Shown here in pieces: positions 1 to 12,960 of a DNA stretch of 64,000 bases. The first letter of the stretch is position 1. Every line of letters starts with the position of its first letter. The stretch lies in the NCBI RefSeq assembly GCF_963921235.1, contig NC_086097.1, forward strand, positions 41,976,001-42,040,000, read 5' to 3'. The translations under genes were made by a program, and so were the position numbers. Below the pieces are notes generated by a model. That model ran no database searches. It saw only the letters and a list, made by a program, of their open reading frames with translations, and had not been told where the DNA came from. The stretch is from Mobula hypostoma (taxonomy: Eukaryota).

Positions 1-159
1 TATGGCAACATTTCTGGCTTGACTGTAAGGTCCTTGGCAACTGTCAGGCTTCCACTCACATATATTGCCTGAAAAATTATTACCAGGCAAGATATTACAG
101 AACCACGTCAATTGTGGAGCTGACAGTGTCCTCTTCTAGGCCAGCAACTCCAATATTAA

Positions 160-543
160 CCCACAAACAAGAGAAAAGCTGGAAATACTGAAAACCCAAA
201 GCAACACTCACAAAACGCTGGAGGAACAGCGGGCCAGGCAGCATCTGTGGAAAAGAGTAAATGGTCAACATTTCAAGATATTGACTGTTTACTCTTTTCC
301 ATAGAAACTGCCTGACCTCTAGCATTTTGTGTGTGCTGCTTGGGATTTTCAGCATCTGTAGATTTTTAATAGTTCATGATACTACCACTACTGCAGAGTC
401 TCTGACAGATGCCTACCCTGAAGATGTTTAAATCTTCCCTTCTAGTCCTGATGAAGGGTCTCAGCCTGAAATGTCAACTGTTTACTCTTTTCCATAGATG
501 TTTCCTGGCTGCTAGGTTCCTCCAGCGTTTTGTGTGTGTTACC
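160..543. mobile_element. Penelope-like terminal-repeat (pLTR) fragments in inverted and tandem arrangement
   Basis: Minus-strand pLTR tail at about 165-277, plus-strand tail at 279-366, and a plus copy with hammerhead motif at 444-540. Flanked by the 10-bp TSD ccaatattaa. Confidence 0.75.
444..479 (+). ncRNA. Minimal type I hammerhead ribozyme motif (slightly diverged)
   Basis: agtc CTGATGA agggtctcagcct GAAA tg TC aact; core intact, one stem I mismatch. Confidence 0.7.
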
Positions 544-2862
544 CCAATATTAAGGCCCCGTATACACAGATAGATACATAGCCAGTCCCAAAACTGTTCT
601 CTGTTCTGGCCTGGGAGGAGATTACCAGACAGATGGAAGAAATGATTCAAAGGTGTACTCAAAGCCTCCTTTGGGAATGGGCACATTTCCACTAGCTCCT
701 GGGAATTTCTGGCCCACGATTATTCAACATGATAAAGGAACATCTGGGATGGTTTTGTGAAACCCTGGGCCAAACATCTAAGGTGCCCAGAGTGCCTGAC
801 TACGCAGCACAACGAGAAACCTCCTCCTCCCGGCCCACCACTCCCCATCTGTGGAAGACTGCAATTTCCATACTGGCCTCACTAGGGAACTCAGAATCCA
901 CAAATCCAGAGTGGACGCAAGTCACTCTGATCTTGATGGAGTGCTAAAGAAGAAAATGAAACACCAGTACCCTCGATGAAAAAGAAGAGGATGTAAGAAA
1001 AAGATATATAGTTAATGTGAGGGATAATTGTTCTTAAATTTGATTACAAGATGCAAAAAAATTAACAATGAAACGAAGGACTTGCTTTGTACTTGCTCCC
1101 CTGCTGACTTTGTAATACAATATGCATATCATGTGGGGAATTTAAATTCTCAAAGCTCGCTTCCTCTGCTCCAGGCAGTGTGCCAGCCGCAGAGAGCTTG
1201 AGAAGACCATGACAGGAAGATGCATATGAGGTGAAAATGAGTGAAGATGAAACTAGTTCACCGTTGACTTCTCATATTTAGCATTCTGCTCTTGATAATT
1301 CTACAAGGCATGAGGTCATTCCTGTGTGAATTTTAACAATATAGCCAAGAGAGGTAATTGGGCTGATTTTTATCCTTAGTTTCAGGAAGGAGAGAAGGAG
1401 TAAAGTAAAAAGGCACTGTACTCTTTACCCCCTGTTGCTGCTGCTGATACTTCAGTCTGGTTTCCCTTCTGTTTCCAGAGATTTCTGCTTCACAATAAAA
1501 TTTTCAGGCACACTCTGCCCATGGGTTGCTAGTCTGAACCAGCAGTATATAAAGACCCACTCAAAAAACAGAAAGTAATTTTTTTTAGTGAATGATTTAG
1601 AGCCAGCTCTAAAGAATCTCTTAGCTTTCACCCTACCCTTATTAAGCAGTGAGACTAACCTAGTGACAGCCATCAGTAGAACTCTCTGACTCTAACTGTA
1701 GTGCAGTTTCCCTGTGATATTTGACAATTTTCTCCAAGCTGTGCTACTGATTTAACAGCAATATTCCTGCAACCTCACAAATCAAATAACGACTATAAAG
1801 TGGTATAAAAGTCCCAATTTGTAGCAATGTTTGCATGCCCAGCTATGGAATTTAATCCAAATAGGATTCCTCAGTGCAGCCGGATATTCTTTGTATATAG
1901 TTCTCATTTCCAGATGGTTAATTACTCTCCTCATTTGGCATAGCTATGTTTGAGGGGAGGAAGTTCAACAGCAAAGCGTGTTTTTGATGTTACTCTTATG
2001 ACTAAACATGTTCATATGAACAGTGTGTGCCTGCACATCGGAGAAGGCTTTATCAGAGGGTAAAGGGTCTTGCTCTACCCAGGCTTCGTCCATGCAATCT
2101 GGCAATTAAGCATCCACCACGTGGTCTTAAAGGTCATGTTCCTGAAAATATGTTCCTTTGTTTTTCCTTTTCTATTTCTATGATTCCCCACTACCAACTC
2201 TCCCCTGTTCCCCTACATCAGCAAATGGTAGCCATGTCTGACAGCTGTCTCATTTGATATCAGTTCCAGATGGTGTCTATTCTATCCTCCTCCTCCACCA
2301 GTTGCGGACAAATGTACCTTTAAGCAGTGACTGTGATGGTAACAGTGAATAGACACACAGGATCTTGAGCTGAGAAACTGAACTTTGAGCCAGACTTTTT
2401 AACCATCATATAATTTATAAGAGATCACCCAAATGATTACTTGCATTCAGAACTTGCGCTTCTGTGACTTCTAGCAGCACAGTCAAACTGTCCTACTCTT
2501 TGCTGCTTTATATAAGATTGCCAATTAATTCTTCCAACTAGCTTGGCATCCTTGGTGCATCAGATTTGTGAGTGAAATGAGGGAGATGTATAGCACAAAT
2601 GCAATGCTGCTGCTTCCAAAAGGAGCCTGATGGCATATTGGCTGTGACCCCGGGAGGAGTCACACTTAGCTAAACAATTATAACAGTAGTTATGACACAA
2701 ATTAACTTTCTGTACCTTCCTGTTTCCAAACTGATTTGACTATTTCCCAATAGGCATTTGTGTTTTACATCTTTTATCAGAGATCTTACTCCAAAGAATT
2801 TGTATAACATCTTATGTATGATCAAGGGACGACTGTGCAAGCGCATGACATCAGCAAGTTAG

Positions 2863-2906
2863 CAAGAACCGATTTCCCCCGGGATCAATAAAGTATGACT
2901 ATGACT
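2863..2906 (+). mobile_element. 44-bp extreme 3' tail of a LINE (Rex/L2-like) inserted in the CR1 5' region
   Basis: gatttcccccgggatcaataaagt(atgact)2 flanked by TSD aagttag at 2856-2862 and 2907-2913. Same tail occurs inverted at 17138-17295. Confidence 0.7.
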
Positions 2907-3052
2907 AAGTTAGACTGGCGTGAAGAGTTTAAAAGGAGACAGATTTATAGAGGAGGTGCAGGAGTAGAGGGGGGGAGAATAGGAGGGCTTTGGTTCAATG
3001 GGGTTTCGGTGATAATGGGTTGAGGTTAGCTGTGAAGAATAGAAACAGACGT

Positions 3053-3968
3053 ATGCCTGTGAGGCCGGTGTTCTGTACTGGGTGTCAGATGTAGCAAGTC
3101 CAGGAGACTCCCAGCCTCCCGGAAGGCTACATCTGTGCCAAGTGTGTCGAGCTGCAGCTCCTTAAGGACCGCGTCAGGGAACTGGAGCTGCAGTTCGATG
3201 ACCTTCGACTGGTCAGGGAAAGTGAGGAGGTGACAGAAAGGAATAAATAGGCAAGTAGTCACACTGGGGCCTCGGGAGACAAATAAGTGGGTAACAGTCA
3301 GGAGAAGGAAGGGCAAGAGGCAGATACTAGAGAGTACCCCTGTGGCTGTCCCTCTTTAAAAACAGTAATCCTGTTTGAGTACTGTTGAGGAGGACGGGCT
3401 ACCTGGTGGAAGCAACAGTGCCCATGCCTCTGGCACAGAGTCTGGCCCTGTGGTTCAGAAGGGTAGGGAAAGGAAGAGGATGGCAGCAGTGATAGGGGAC
3501 TCTATAGTTTGGGGGGATCACACAGGCAATTCTGTGGACACAGGAAAGAAACGCGGATGGTAGTTTACCTCCCAGGTGCCAGGGTCCAGGATGTTTCTGA
3601 TCTCGTCCACGATATCTTGAAGTGGAAAGGGAAACAGCCAGAGGTCGTGCTACATATTGGTACCAACGACATAGGTAGGAAAAGGGAGGAGGTCCTGAAA
3701 ACAGACTACAGGGAGTTAGGAAGGAAGTTGAGAAGCAAGACCTCAAAGGTAGTAATCTCGGAATTACCGCCTGTGCCACGTGACAGTGAGTATAGGAATA
3801 GAGTGAGATGGAGGATAAATGCATGACTGAGGGATTGGAGCAGGGGGCAAGGATTCAGATTTCTGGATCACTGGGACCTCTTCTGGGAGAGGTGTGACCT
3901 GTACAAAATGGGTGGGTTGCACTTGAATCCCAGGGGGACCAATTTCCTGGCAGGGAGGTTTGCTCAGG
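3053..3968 (+). pseudogene. CR1 ORF1 remnant (zinc finger/coiled coil plus SGNH esterase)
   Basis: CTGC..CAKC, AAVIGDSIV, LPGARVQD and VVLHIGTND spread across frames with stops. Confidence 0.85.
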
Positions 3969-4385
3969 TGTCACGTACCCCATGAGAGGTTAAAGAACCT
4001 GCAGAGATGGAAAACACTTTGGAGTCCAGTATTGCTATTAACTAATATTATTTATTAGTAACTACGCAATAAAGTAATATAAACGTAGATAAATCAAACA
4101 GGTTAGCAATGATTATATACAAGTAAGTGTGGAATATATATGAAAACCAAGCTTCTTCAAGTCTAGGGGTAAATAGATAGTCTTACGATAATGAGTGACG
4201 TTCGGTTCAGTTCGTGGTATTGAGTTGAGTAGTGATGGAGAGGGAGAGAGGGAGAGATTTGAGTCTTCAGGTGAGTTGATGCCGTCGATCTTCCTGTTGT
4301 CCTCCGAAATCCTTTAAAAGTCACCGACTGTGACTTCAACAAAGGGGACCGTTTTTCTGTGGTGGAGCTATCAACCCAGGCAAGA
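3969..4385 (-). mobile_element. Truncated LTR fragment inserted at the CR1 ORF1/ORF2 boundary
   Basis: Abrupt non-CR1 sequence starting TGTCAC (a CA end on the minus strand), with minus-strand AATAAA near 4051-4056. Other end not recognisable. Confidence 0.55.
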
Positions 4386-4484
4386 GACGAAGGAAGGGGC
4401 AGTTGGCTCACAAATAGAGAAAGCTTGGAGACAGTGCGAGAAGGAGGATAGGCAGGTGATAGAGAAGGTATGAGCTCAGTCTGA

Positions 4485-7230
4485 TGGTTTGAGAGGTGTC
4501 TATTTTAATGCAAGAAGCGTCATGAACAAAGCGGATGAGCTTAGGGCATGGATCAGTATTTCGAGCTATGATGTTGTGGAGACTTACAGACTTGTGATGT
4601 TGTGGAGTTGATGGAAGGCTTACAGAGACTTGGATGGCTCAGGGGCAGGAATGGTTACTTAGAGTGCCAGGCTATAGATGTTTCAGAAAGGACAGGGAGG
4701 GAAGGAAAAGAGGTGAGGGCATGGCACTGCTGATCAGAGATAGTGTCACAGCTGCAGAAAAGGAGAAGGTCATGGAGGGATTGTCTACTGAGTCTCTGTG
4801 GGTGGAAGTTAGAAACAAGAAGGGATCAATAACTCTACTGGGTGTATTTTAAAGACCACCCAATAATAACAGGGACATCAAGGAGAAGATAGGGAGACAG
4901 ATTCAGGAAAGGTGTAATAATAACAGCTTAGATGGGGTGAAGTTTGTTAGGTGTGTTCAGGAAGGTTTCCTGACACAATATGTAGATAAGCCTACAAGAG
5001 GAGAGGCTGTACTTGATCTGATATTGGGAAATGAACCTGGTGAGGTGTCAGGTCTCTCAATGTGAGAGCATTTTGGAGATAGTGATCACAATTCTATCTC
5101 CTTTACCATAGTATTGGAGAGGGATAGGAACAGACAAGTTAGGAAAGTGTTTAATTGAAGTAGGGGGAAATATGAAACTATCAGGCAGGAACTTGGAAGC
5201 ATAAATTGGGAACAGATGTTCTCAGGGAAATGTACAGCAGAAATGTGGGAAATATTCAGGGGATATTTGCATGGCATTCTGCATAGGTATGTTCCAATGA
5301 GACAGGGAAAGGATGGTAGGGCACAGGAACCATGGTGTATAAAGACTGTTGAAAATCTAATCAAGAAGAAAAGAAAAGCTTATGAAAGGTTCAAAAAACT
5401 AGGTAATGATAGAGATCTAGAAGATTATAAGTCTAGCAGGAAGGAGCTTAAGGATGAAATTAGGAGAGACAGAAGGGACCATGAGAAGGCCTTGGTGAGC
5501 AGGATTAAGGAAAACCCCAAGGCATGTGAAGAGCAAAAGGATAAGACGTGAGAGAATAGGACCAATCAAGTGTGACAGTGGAAAAGTGTGTGTGTGGAAC
5601 CGGAGGAGATAGCGGAGATACTTAATGAGTACTTTGCTTTAGTATTCACTACGGAAAAGGATCTTGGCGAATGTAGGGATGATTTACAGTGGATTGAAAA
5701 GCTTGAGCATAAAGACATTAATAAAGAAGATGTACTGGAGCTTTTGGAAAGCATCAAGTTGGATAAGTCTCCAGGACCAGATGAGATGTACCCCAGGCTA
5801 CTGTGGGAGGACAGGGAGTAGATTGCTGAGACTCTGGCAATGATATTTGTATCATCGATGGGGACGGGAGAGGTCTGGAGGATTGGAGGGTTGCAGATGT
5901 TGTTCCCTTATTCAAGAAAGGAAGTGGAGATAGCCCAGGAAATTATAGACCAGTGAGTCTTATTCAGTGGTTGGTAAGTTGATGGAAAAGATCCTGGAGA
6001 GGCAGGATTTATGAACATTTGGAGAGGCATAATATAATTAGAAATAGTCAGCATGGCTTTGTCAAAGGCAGGTTGTGCCTTACGAGCCAGATTGAATTTT
6101 AGAGTATGTGACTAAACATATTGATGAAGATAGAGCAGTAGATGTAGTGTATATAGATTTCAGCAATGCATTTGATAAGGTACCCTATGCAAGGCTTATT
6201 GAGAAAGTAAGGAGGCATGGGATATGAAGGGACATTGCTTTGTAGATCCAGAATTGGCTTGCTCACAGAAGGCAAAAAGAGGATGTAGACAGGTCATATT
6301 CTGCATGGAGATCGGTGACCAGTAGTGTGCCTCAGGGATCTGTTCTGGGACCTCTACTCTTCGTGACTTTTATAAATGACCTGGATGAGGAAGCGGAGGG
6401 ATCGGTTAGTAAATTTGCTGACGACTCAAAGGTTGGGGTTGTTGTGGACAGTGTGGAAGGCTGTCAGAGGTTACAGTAGGACATTGATAGGATGCAAAAC
6501 TGCCCTGAGAAGTGGCAGATGGAGTTCAACCCAGATAAGTGTGAGGTGGTTCATTTTGGTAGGTCAAATATGATGGCAGAATATAGTATTAATGATAAGA
6601 CTCTTGGCAGTGTGGAGGATCAGAGGGATCTTGGGGTCCAAGTCCATAGGACACTCAATGCTGCTGTGCAGGTTGACTCTGTTGTTAAGAGGCATACAGT
6701 GCATTGGCCTTCATCAACCATGGGATTGAGTTTAAGAGTCAAGAGGTGGTGTTACAGCTACATAGGACCCTGGTCAGACCCCACTTGGAGTACTGTGCTC
6801 AGTTCTGGTCACCTCACTACAGGAAGGATGTGGAAACTATAGAAAGGGGGTAGAGGAGAATTACAAGGAGGTTGCCTGGATTGGGAAGCTTGCCTTATGA
6901 AAACAGGTTGAGTGAACTTGGCCTTTTCTCCTTGGAGCGATGAAGGATGAGAGGTAATCTGATAGAGGTGTATAAGATGATGAGAGGCTTTGATGGTGTG
7001 GATAGTCAGAGGCTTTTTTCGTAGAGCTGAAATAGCTATCACGAGAGGGCGCAGTTTTAAGGCGTTTGGAAGCAGGTACAGAGGAGATGTCAAGGGTAAG
7101 TTTTTTTACGCAGAGAGTGGTGAGTACATGGAATGGGTTGCCAGCGGCGATGCTGGAAGCTGATACGATAGGGTCTTTTAAGAGACTCTTGGATAGGTAC
7201 ATGGAGCTTTAAAAAATCGAGGCTATGGGT
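4485..7230 (+). pseudogene. CR1 ORF2 remnant (APE endonuclease plus reverse transcriptase)
   Basis: ORF fragments 4634-4852, 5216-5551, 5588-5821 and 6492-6842 carry CR1 motifs; many frameshifts and stops. Confidence 0.9.
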
Positions 7231-8007
7231 AACCTTACGTAATTTCTAAAGTAGGTACATATTCAGCACAGCATTGTGGTCCGAGGGGCCTGTATTGTGC
7301 TGTAGTTTTTCTATGTTTCTATCTCAAGGTGGAATGAATAGATGGGAATTTTTACATATGCCATTAAAGCAATATTTTGTATCAGGTTATGCAATGGTTA
7401 TTAATGTTAAATGGAAGTACCTTCTTATAGGTTTGGTAACAAGTATGCAAGATTTATTGAAGTAGTCAAAATTATTGGCAATGTTGATAATGCCAGAAAT
7501 TCAAATACTGAAATCTAGAAAAAATTTCTACCGAGATGAGATAGAGAATTTAAGAAGAGAGTGCAAATGAAGAAAGACTTTGATTGTGTATTTAATGGCT
7601 AACAGGGCAAAAGGTTAGCAATCAAGACACAAGGTGTTTCTTGGTGCAAGGTACCGAATATGCGTCCCTTTTGTTGGTGTTTCTTTATAACTCCCGTGGT
7701 TACTCTTCAGCCCATAAAGATATTTGTTACAGCATGGTAGACAGATGCAGGAGAATGTTTATGGAAGGTCTGATGGGAGCCATTAAACCTGACCAGACAC
7801 CTGAAGCTTGTTTTTATTATCTCCAAGGTGAAACATAAACCATAGAACATAGAACTGTACAGCACAGAAACAGGACATCAGGTCCGCTGTGTCTGTACTG
7901 ACCATGACACCAATTTAAACAAATCCAACCTGCCTACACAAGTTTACAATCCTCAATTCCCAACCTGTTCATGTGCCTCAGTCAGAAATGATCTTATTAT
8001 ATCAGTC

Positions 8008-8110
8008 AACATACATCAAAGTTGCTGGTGAACGCAGCAGGCCAAGCAGCATCTATAGGAAGAGGTGCAGTCGACGTTTCAGGCCGAGACCCTTCGTCAG
8101 GACTAACTGA
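8008..8110 (-). mobile_element. Penelope pLTR fragment
   Basis: Reverse complement of 33104-33204, near identical. Confidence 0.9.
8069..8104 (-). ncRNA. Minimal type I hammerhead ribozyme motif (intact)
   Basis: Minus strand reads agtc CTGACGA agggtctcggcct GAAA cg TC gact. Confidence 0.85.
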
Positions 8111-8608
8111 TCCACTATCTCCACTGGCAGTACGTTCCAGGCCCCTTCCTCGCTCCCTGTAAAATGCTTGCCTCATAAATCCCTTTTAAACTTTACTCCT
8201 TTCATCTTAAGGCCATGTCCTGTAATATTTGACATTTCCATCCTGGTAAAAATATTCTCATAATTTTATATACTTCTACAATGTCACCCATCAACTTCCA
8301 CTGCTCTTCCAGAAAAGAACAAATTTCTCCAAATGATGCTTGTGGAATGTTACTGGTCATAGTCATTCATTCAGAATAATACCCTTCCACCACTATCCTC
8401 TGTGTTCAATGGCCAACACAGTTTTCAATCTAATCTGATCTCCATGTGTCTCATATGCCTTAATTTTCTGGTTTAACCTATCATGAGGGACCTTGTTGAA
8501 AGCTTTATTAAAGTTCATGTAAATATCATTCACCGCCTAACCCTCATCAATCATCTTCATCACCTCCTCTAAAAACTCAGTCAGATTTGTAAGACATAAC
8601 CTTCCTTG

Positions 8609-9312
8609 CAAAAACAACAAGAGAAAATCTACAGATGCTGGAAATCCAAGCAACATGCACAAAAGCGGAACAAGTGCTACACATGCCCTTACACTTCCTC
8701 CCTCACCACCATTCAGGGCCCCAGACAGTCCTTCCAGGTGAGGTGACACACCACCTGTGAGTTGGCTGGGGTGATACGCTGCGTCCGGTGCTCCCGCTGC
8801 GGCCTTCTATATGTTAGCGACACCCGACGCAGGCTGGGAGACCGTTTCGCTGAACACCAATGCTCTGTCCGCCAGAGAAATCAGTATCTCCCAGTGGCCA
8901 CTCATTTTAATTCCACATCCCATTCCCATTCTGATATGTCTATCCATGGCCTCCTCTACTGTCAAGATGAAGCCACACTCAGGTTGGAAGAACAACGCCT
9001 TATATTCCATCTGGGTGGCCTCCAACCTGATGGCATGAACATCGACTTCCTCTCATATCCCTTTTGCCAATCAACTTTCCAGCTCCTGGCTCCATCCCTC
9101 CCCCTCCTGTCTTCTTCTATCATTTTGGATCTCCCCCCTCCCCCTCCCACTTTCAAACTCTTACTATCCCTTCTTTCTGTTAGTCCTGACAAAGGGTCTC
9201 AGCCCGAAATTTCAACTGTACCTCTTCCTATAGATGCTGCCCGGCCTGCTGCATTCACCAGCAACTTTTATGTGTGTTGCTTGAAATTCCAGCATCTGCA
9301 AATTTCCTCGTG
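8609..9312 (+). mobile_element. 5'-truncated Penelope-like element with short inverted pLTR tail at its 5' end
   Basis: GIY-YIG remnant (GVIRCVRCSRCGLLYVSDT..RFAEH..QPDGMN). pLTR has a mutated hammerhead core (CTGACAA) at 9182-9217. 8609-8665 is an inverted tail. Confidence 0.9.
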
Positions 9313-9315
9313 AGT

Positions 9316-10305
9316 ACACACAAAATGCTGGAGGAACTCAACCAGGCCAGGCAGCATCTATGGAAAAGAGTAAAGAGCCGATGCTTCAGGCCGAAACCCT
9401 TCATCAGACCTGGAGAAAAAAAGATGAGAAATCAGAGTGGGGAGATGGGAGGAAGAAATATCATGGAGTCAGTGATAGGTGAAACTGGAGGGGGGGGAGG
9501 GGTGAAGTAAACAGGTAGGAAGTCAATTGGTGAAGGAGATAAAGGGCTGGAGAAGGGGGAATCTGATAGGAGAGGACAGAAGGCCATGGAAGAAAGGGAA
9601 GAGAGAGGAACACCAGAGGGAGGTGATGGGCAGGAAAGGAGAGAAGGTGAGAAGGGAAATGGTGGGGGACGGGGGCATTACTGGAAGTTCAAGAAGTCGA
9701 TGTTCACGCCATCAGGTTGAAGGCTACCCAGACGGAATATAAGGTGTTGCTCCTCCAACCTGAGTGTGGCCTCAGTGCAGCAGTAGAGGAGGCCATGGAT
9801 GGACATGCTGGAATGGGATTGGGAAGTGGAATTAAAGTGGGTGGACACTGAGAAATCCTGCTTTTCCTGGCGGACGGAGCATAGGTGCTCGGTGAAGCAG
9901 TTTCCCAATGTATGTCGGGGCTTATCTTATACAGGAGGCCATACCAGGAGCACTGAATATAGCACCGTAACAGACTCGCAGGTGAAGTGTTGCCTCACCT
10001 GGAAGAACTGTTTAGGGCTCTGAATGGTAGTGAACGGGGAGGGGTAGCACTTGTTCCACTTGCAATGTTAAGTACCAGGAGGGAGATCAGTACGGAAGGA
10101 CGAGTGGACAAGGGAGTCCAACAGGGTGCGATCCCTGTGGGGGAGAGGGAAAGAATTGCTTGGTGGATGCGATCCTGTTGGAGATGGAAGAAGTTATGGA
10201 GAATTATGTGCTGGGTGCGGAGGCTGTTGGGGTGGTGGGAAGATAGGGTGAGGGCAGATGTGCATGAACTGAAAACGATGCGGTTGAGGGCAGCAATGAT
10301 GGTCT
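9316..10305 (-). mobile_element. 5'-truncated Penelope-like element (older subfamily)
   Basis: ORF 9678-9908 (EEQHLIFRLGSLQPDGVNIDF) and RT thumb remnant at 9995-10300. Decayed hammerhead near 9376-9410. Confidence 0.88.
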
Positions 10306-11479
10306 CAACAACCTGGAATATCAACATACCCCTCCCTGATCTCTCTGTCCTCCATGACCTTCCCCTTGCGGAATACCAATACAATGTATTTGTTTAGTAC
10401 TTCACACGTTTCCTCTGGCTCCAGGTATAAATTTCCTCTTTTTTTCCTTTGAAATCAATTGTTCTGATGAAAGGTCATTGACCCGAAGTGTTGAATTGTC
10501 CTCTAGCTTGGCCTGATCTGATGTACAGTATATTTCCATCATCTTCTGATTTTATTTAAGATTGTTAGTATTTCAGGATTTTGGTTTTGTATTGGTGCTA
10601 CACAGAAATAATAGAGTCATACTTATGGAGGTTTCTGTTATCCATTTCTGTAAGCATGAAAAGCTTTGGAAATGATTGAATGGGAAATGTAGGTGTTACA
10701 AAGGACAAATCCTCTTCAGAAACCAAAATGTAATGTGCAATAGTAGAAAGAAATCTGTAAGCAACCAAAGGAATGTCCATTCAGAATCCACGAGTCAGTT
10801 TTAAGCTGTCTTATTTTAGGGATGATATTGCTCGTTCTTTTTTCAATTCTTTTCTTCTTGTGAAAGGGTCCTTTGTCCCATTAGTCATCTATAGAATTTG
10901 TCTCCTTAAAAGTGGAACTACCTTTAAATTTTCATTGCAAAGACCTTTAAGCTTTGGTCAGTATAATTGAGCACACAGCAACTGGATGCTGATCAAAAAC
11001 ATTTTTCCTCCAGCTTTTCTTCTTCTGTTACCACCCAACCCCGTGAATTGACACTCAGAATTGCCTGCCATCTCCATCACATTGAATCAAGTGTGTTCAG
11101 CAACATCAGGCAGTTGAATCAGGTCCTCTTCTAATGGACTACACTTAGCCAGACAGCAAAATCTTGATTTATGATAAAGTAAAATTGCTGCCAGTGACAG
11201 TGATTACGGGCCGAGCAGAAGGCACAGCAGTGGAGTTTAATGGAGATCATTTAACTTAAAGTGGGAATACATAATGGACACAGGGTGAAGCAGACTTAAG
11301 TCACTCCTAAAGACTATCATTAGGTCTCCATAAAACCACTGGCAAACATCACTTGTCTCCACCTCAACCCCATTATCACTGAAGCACTAACTAAAACTGA
11401 CACCCCCACCCACACCTCCCCCACCCCCGTCACAGCCGGACGCTCATCCTGAAAGTGGAACCACTACAACCACATGTTG

Positions 11480-12075
11480 ATGTCAGAGGCAAGAAAGCTC
11501 TCCAGAACCTCCACTTTCTCAGGAGGGTAAAGAAATTCAGTATGTCCCTGTTGACTCTTACCAATTTTTATTGATGCACCGTAGCAGGAGTCCCTTCTGG
11601 GTAATAATTGGTTTCCTCTGCATGTGAATGCAAGAAACTGCAGAGTTACAGGTCAGCATATCACAAGAACCACTTCACCTCTATAGATTCTGCCTAGAGT
11701 TCTCACTGTCACAGTAAAACAGGCCACATAATCAAAGACCACACCCATCCCAGACATTCTCTCTCCTTCCTCTCCCATCGGGCACAAAATACAAAATCCT
11801 GAAAGCACAAACCAGCAGGCTCAAGGACAGTATCTTTCACTCTGTTATCAGAGTCTTGAATGAACCTTTAATACGAAAAGGTGGACTCTTGGTATCACAA
11901 ACTACCTTATTATGATACTGGCACATTATTTACCTGAATTGCACTCTTTCAGTTGTCACTGTTATTGTTTTACCTTACTCGAGCTCGATGCCCAGTGTAA
12001 TGTTTTGATCTGCCTAAGCAGTACGCAGGACAAGCTTTTCATTGCATCTTGGTATATGTGACAGTAACAAACTGA
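11480..12075 (+). mobile_element. Degraded Rex1/Babar-like LINE 3' fragment
   Basis: KKA.Q.LHFLRR.KKF-like, LTNFY and HP.H.L..LPSG..Y-like coding remnants. Confidence 0.7.
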
Positions 12076-12519
12076 TCCCAGTACCAATCCTTCTCGTGTA
12101 AATGGGACTTCACAGCCGCCATCCTGCCACAATGGTGATTAAAGCCTTTCCAACACAGTGAGAAGAACACCAAATCATTTCAGTCCTAACAACTGCAAGG
12201 CCCCCAGGTCTAACCCGCGATGCTCTCCCTTCACACCCACAGTCCACAGAGTATACGCCGTGAGGTTAAATTAATGACTAGGTATGGTACTGGATGATGG
12301 AGAGAGTTGTTCAGTCACACTTCAACGAGTTGAGAGTGCTTGCCGCTGGCTTTCAAATCCCCAATTTATCTAACTACTTACGAATAGATTGTTTTGCATA
12401 TTTAATAGTCATAAAATAACACATGCTTTTAAAATTCTTGTATGTCTTACTCCTTTAAAATATCGTGGTTCTAGCCATCCAATTTCAGATATCCGCTATA
12501 AGCTAGTTTAGATGTGAGA

Positions 12520-12960
12520 ACATTTGAAATAGGAGCAGTAGGCCATCCAGCCCCCTGAGCCTGGTCACCCATTCACCAACACATTCTCCTTCTGTTCCAT
12601 TTACCAGCAGCGTCACCATATCCCTTGATTCCTTAACCAAAGTTTTGAATGACCGAGTCCCTAGCCCTCTGAGATAGCAAGCAGGACCCTCTGAGTGAAT
12701 AAATTTCTTTGCAAAATGACCTGTGCCTCATTCTGAAACTAAGCCTCCAGTCCTGAACTCCTCAGCCAGAAGAAGCGAGTTCCACGCATCTGACCTGTGA
12801 CGCTCTTTACGAGTTTTTAATGAGACCTCCTCTCATTCTTCTTACCTTCCAGAGAGTGTGAGATTGTGAGTTCCACTCTTCACAATCTCCCCTCGTACAG
12901 AAAAAGCTGCTAACGCTGAAGTCAGTTTGGTAAACAGTGGCTGAACCGCTCAAGCTGTCC
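12520..12960 (-). mobile_element. Highly degraded CR1 3' fragment
   Basis: Inverted CR1 3' end (aggagcagtaggccatccagcccc..., ccatatcccttgatt). Confidence 0.55.

Larger units (their letters stand above)
40..958 (+). mobile_element. Degraded 3' fragment of an RTE-like LINE, interrupted at 160-543
   Basis: Decayed C-terminal reading (tcctgggaatttctggcccacgat, resembling SWE.LAHD) ending in an aagaagaaaa tail near 948-957. ccaatattaa is duplicated at 150-159 and 544-553 around an insert. Confidence 0.5.
2830..7322 (+). mobile_element. Near full-length degenerate CR1 LINE
   Basis: ORF1 Cys motifs plus esterase (GDS..V, PGA, HIGTND). ORF2 has an endonuclease start near 4495 and RT segments (DKSPGPD, PQGSVLGP-like, KFADD, KWQMEFNPDKCEVVHFG). 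Tail (ttctatgt)n at 7305-7322. Confidence 0.93.
7832..8607 (-). mobile_element. Old degraded CR1 3' portion, interrupted by a Penelope fragment
   Basis: Inverted tail (catagaa repeats) at 7832-7855. RT remnant GRLCLTNLTEFLEEVMKMIDEG at 8537-8610. Confidence 0.75.

Noticed and set aside
1160..1240. Possible short host exon (polypyrimidine-cag ... gag/gtga)
   Set aside because: Weak donor site, no recognisable peptide and no partner exons.
10455..10500. Functional hammerheads at about 10463, 15515, 9182, 9376, 19246 and 22250
   Set aside because: Core mutated or deleted (for example GAAG, CTGACAA, CCGATGA); treated as decayed relics.
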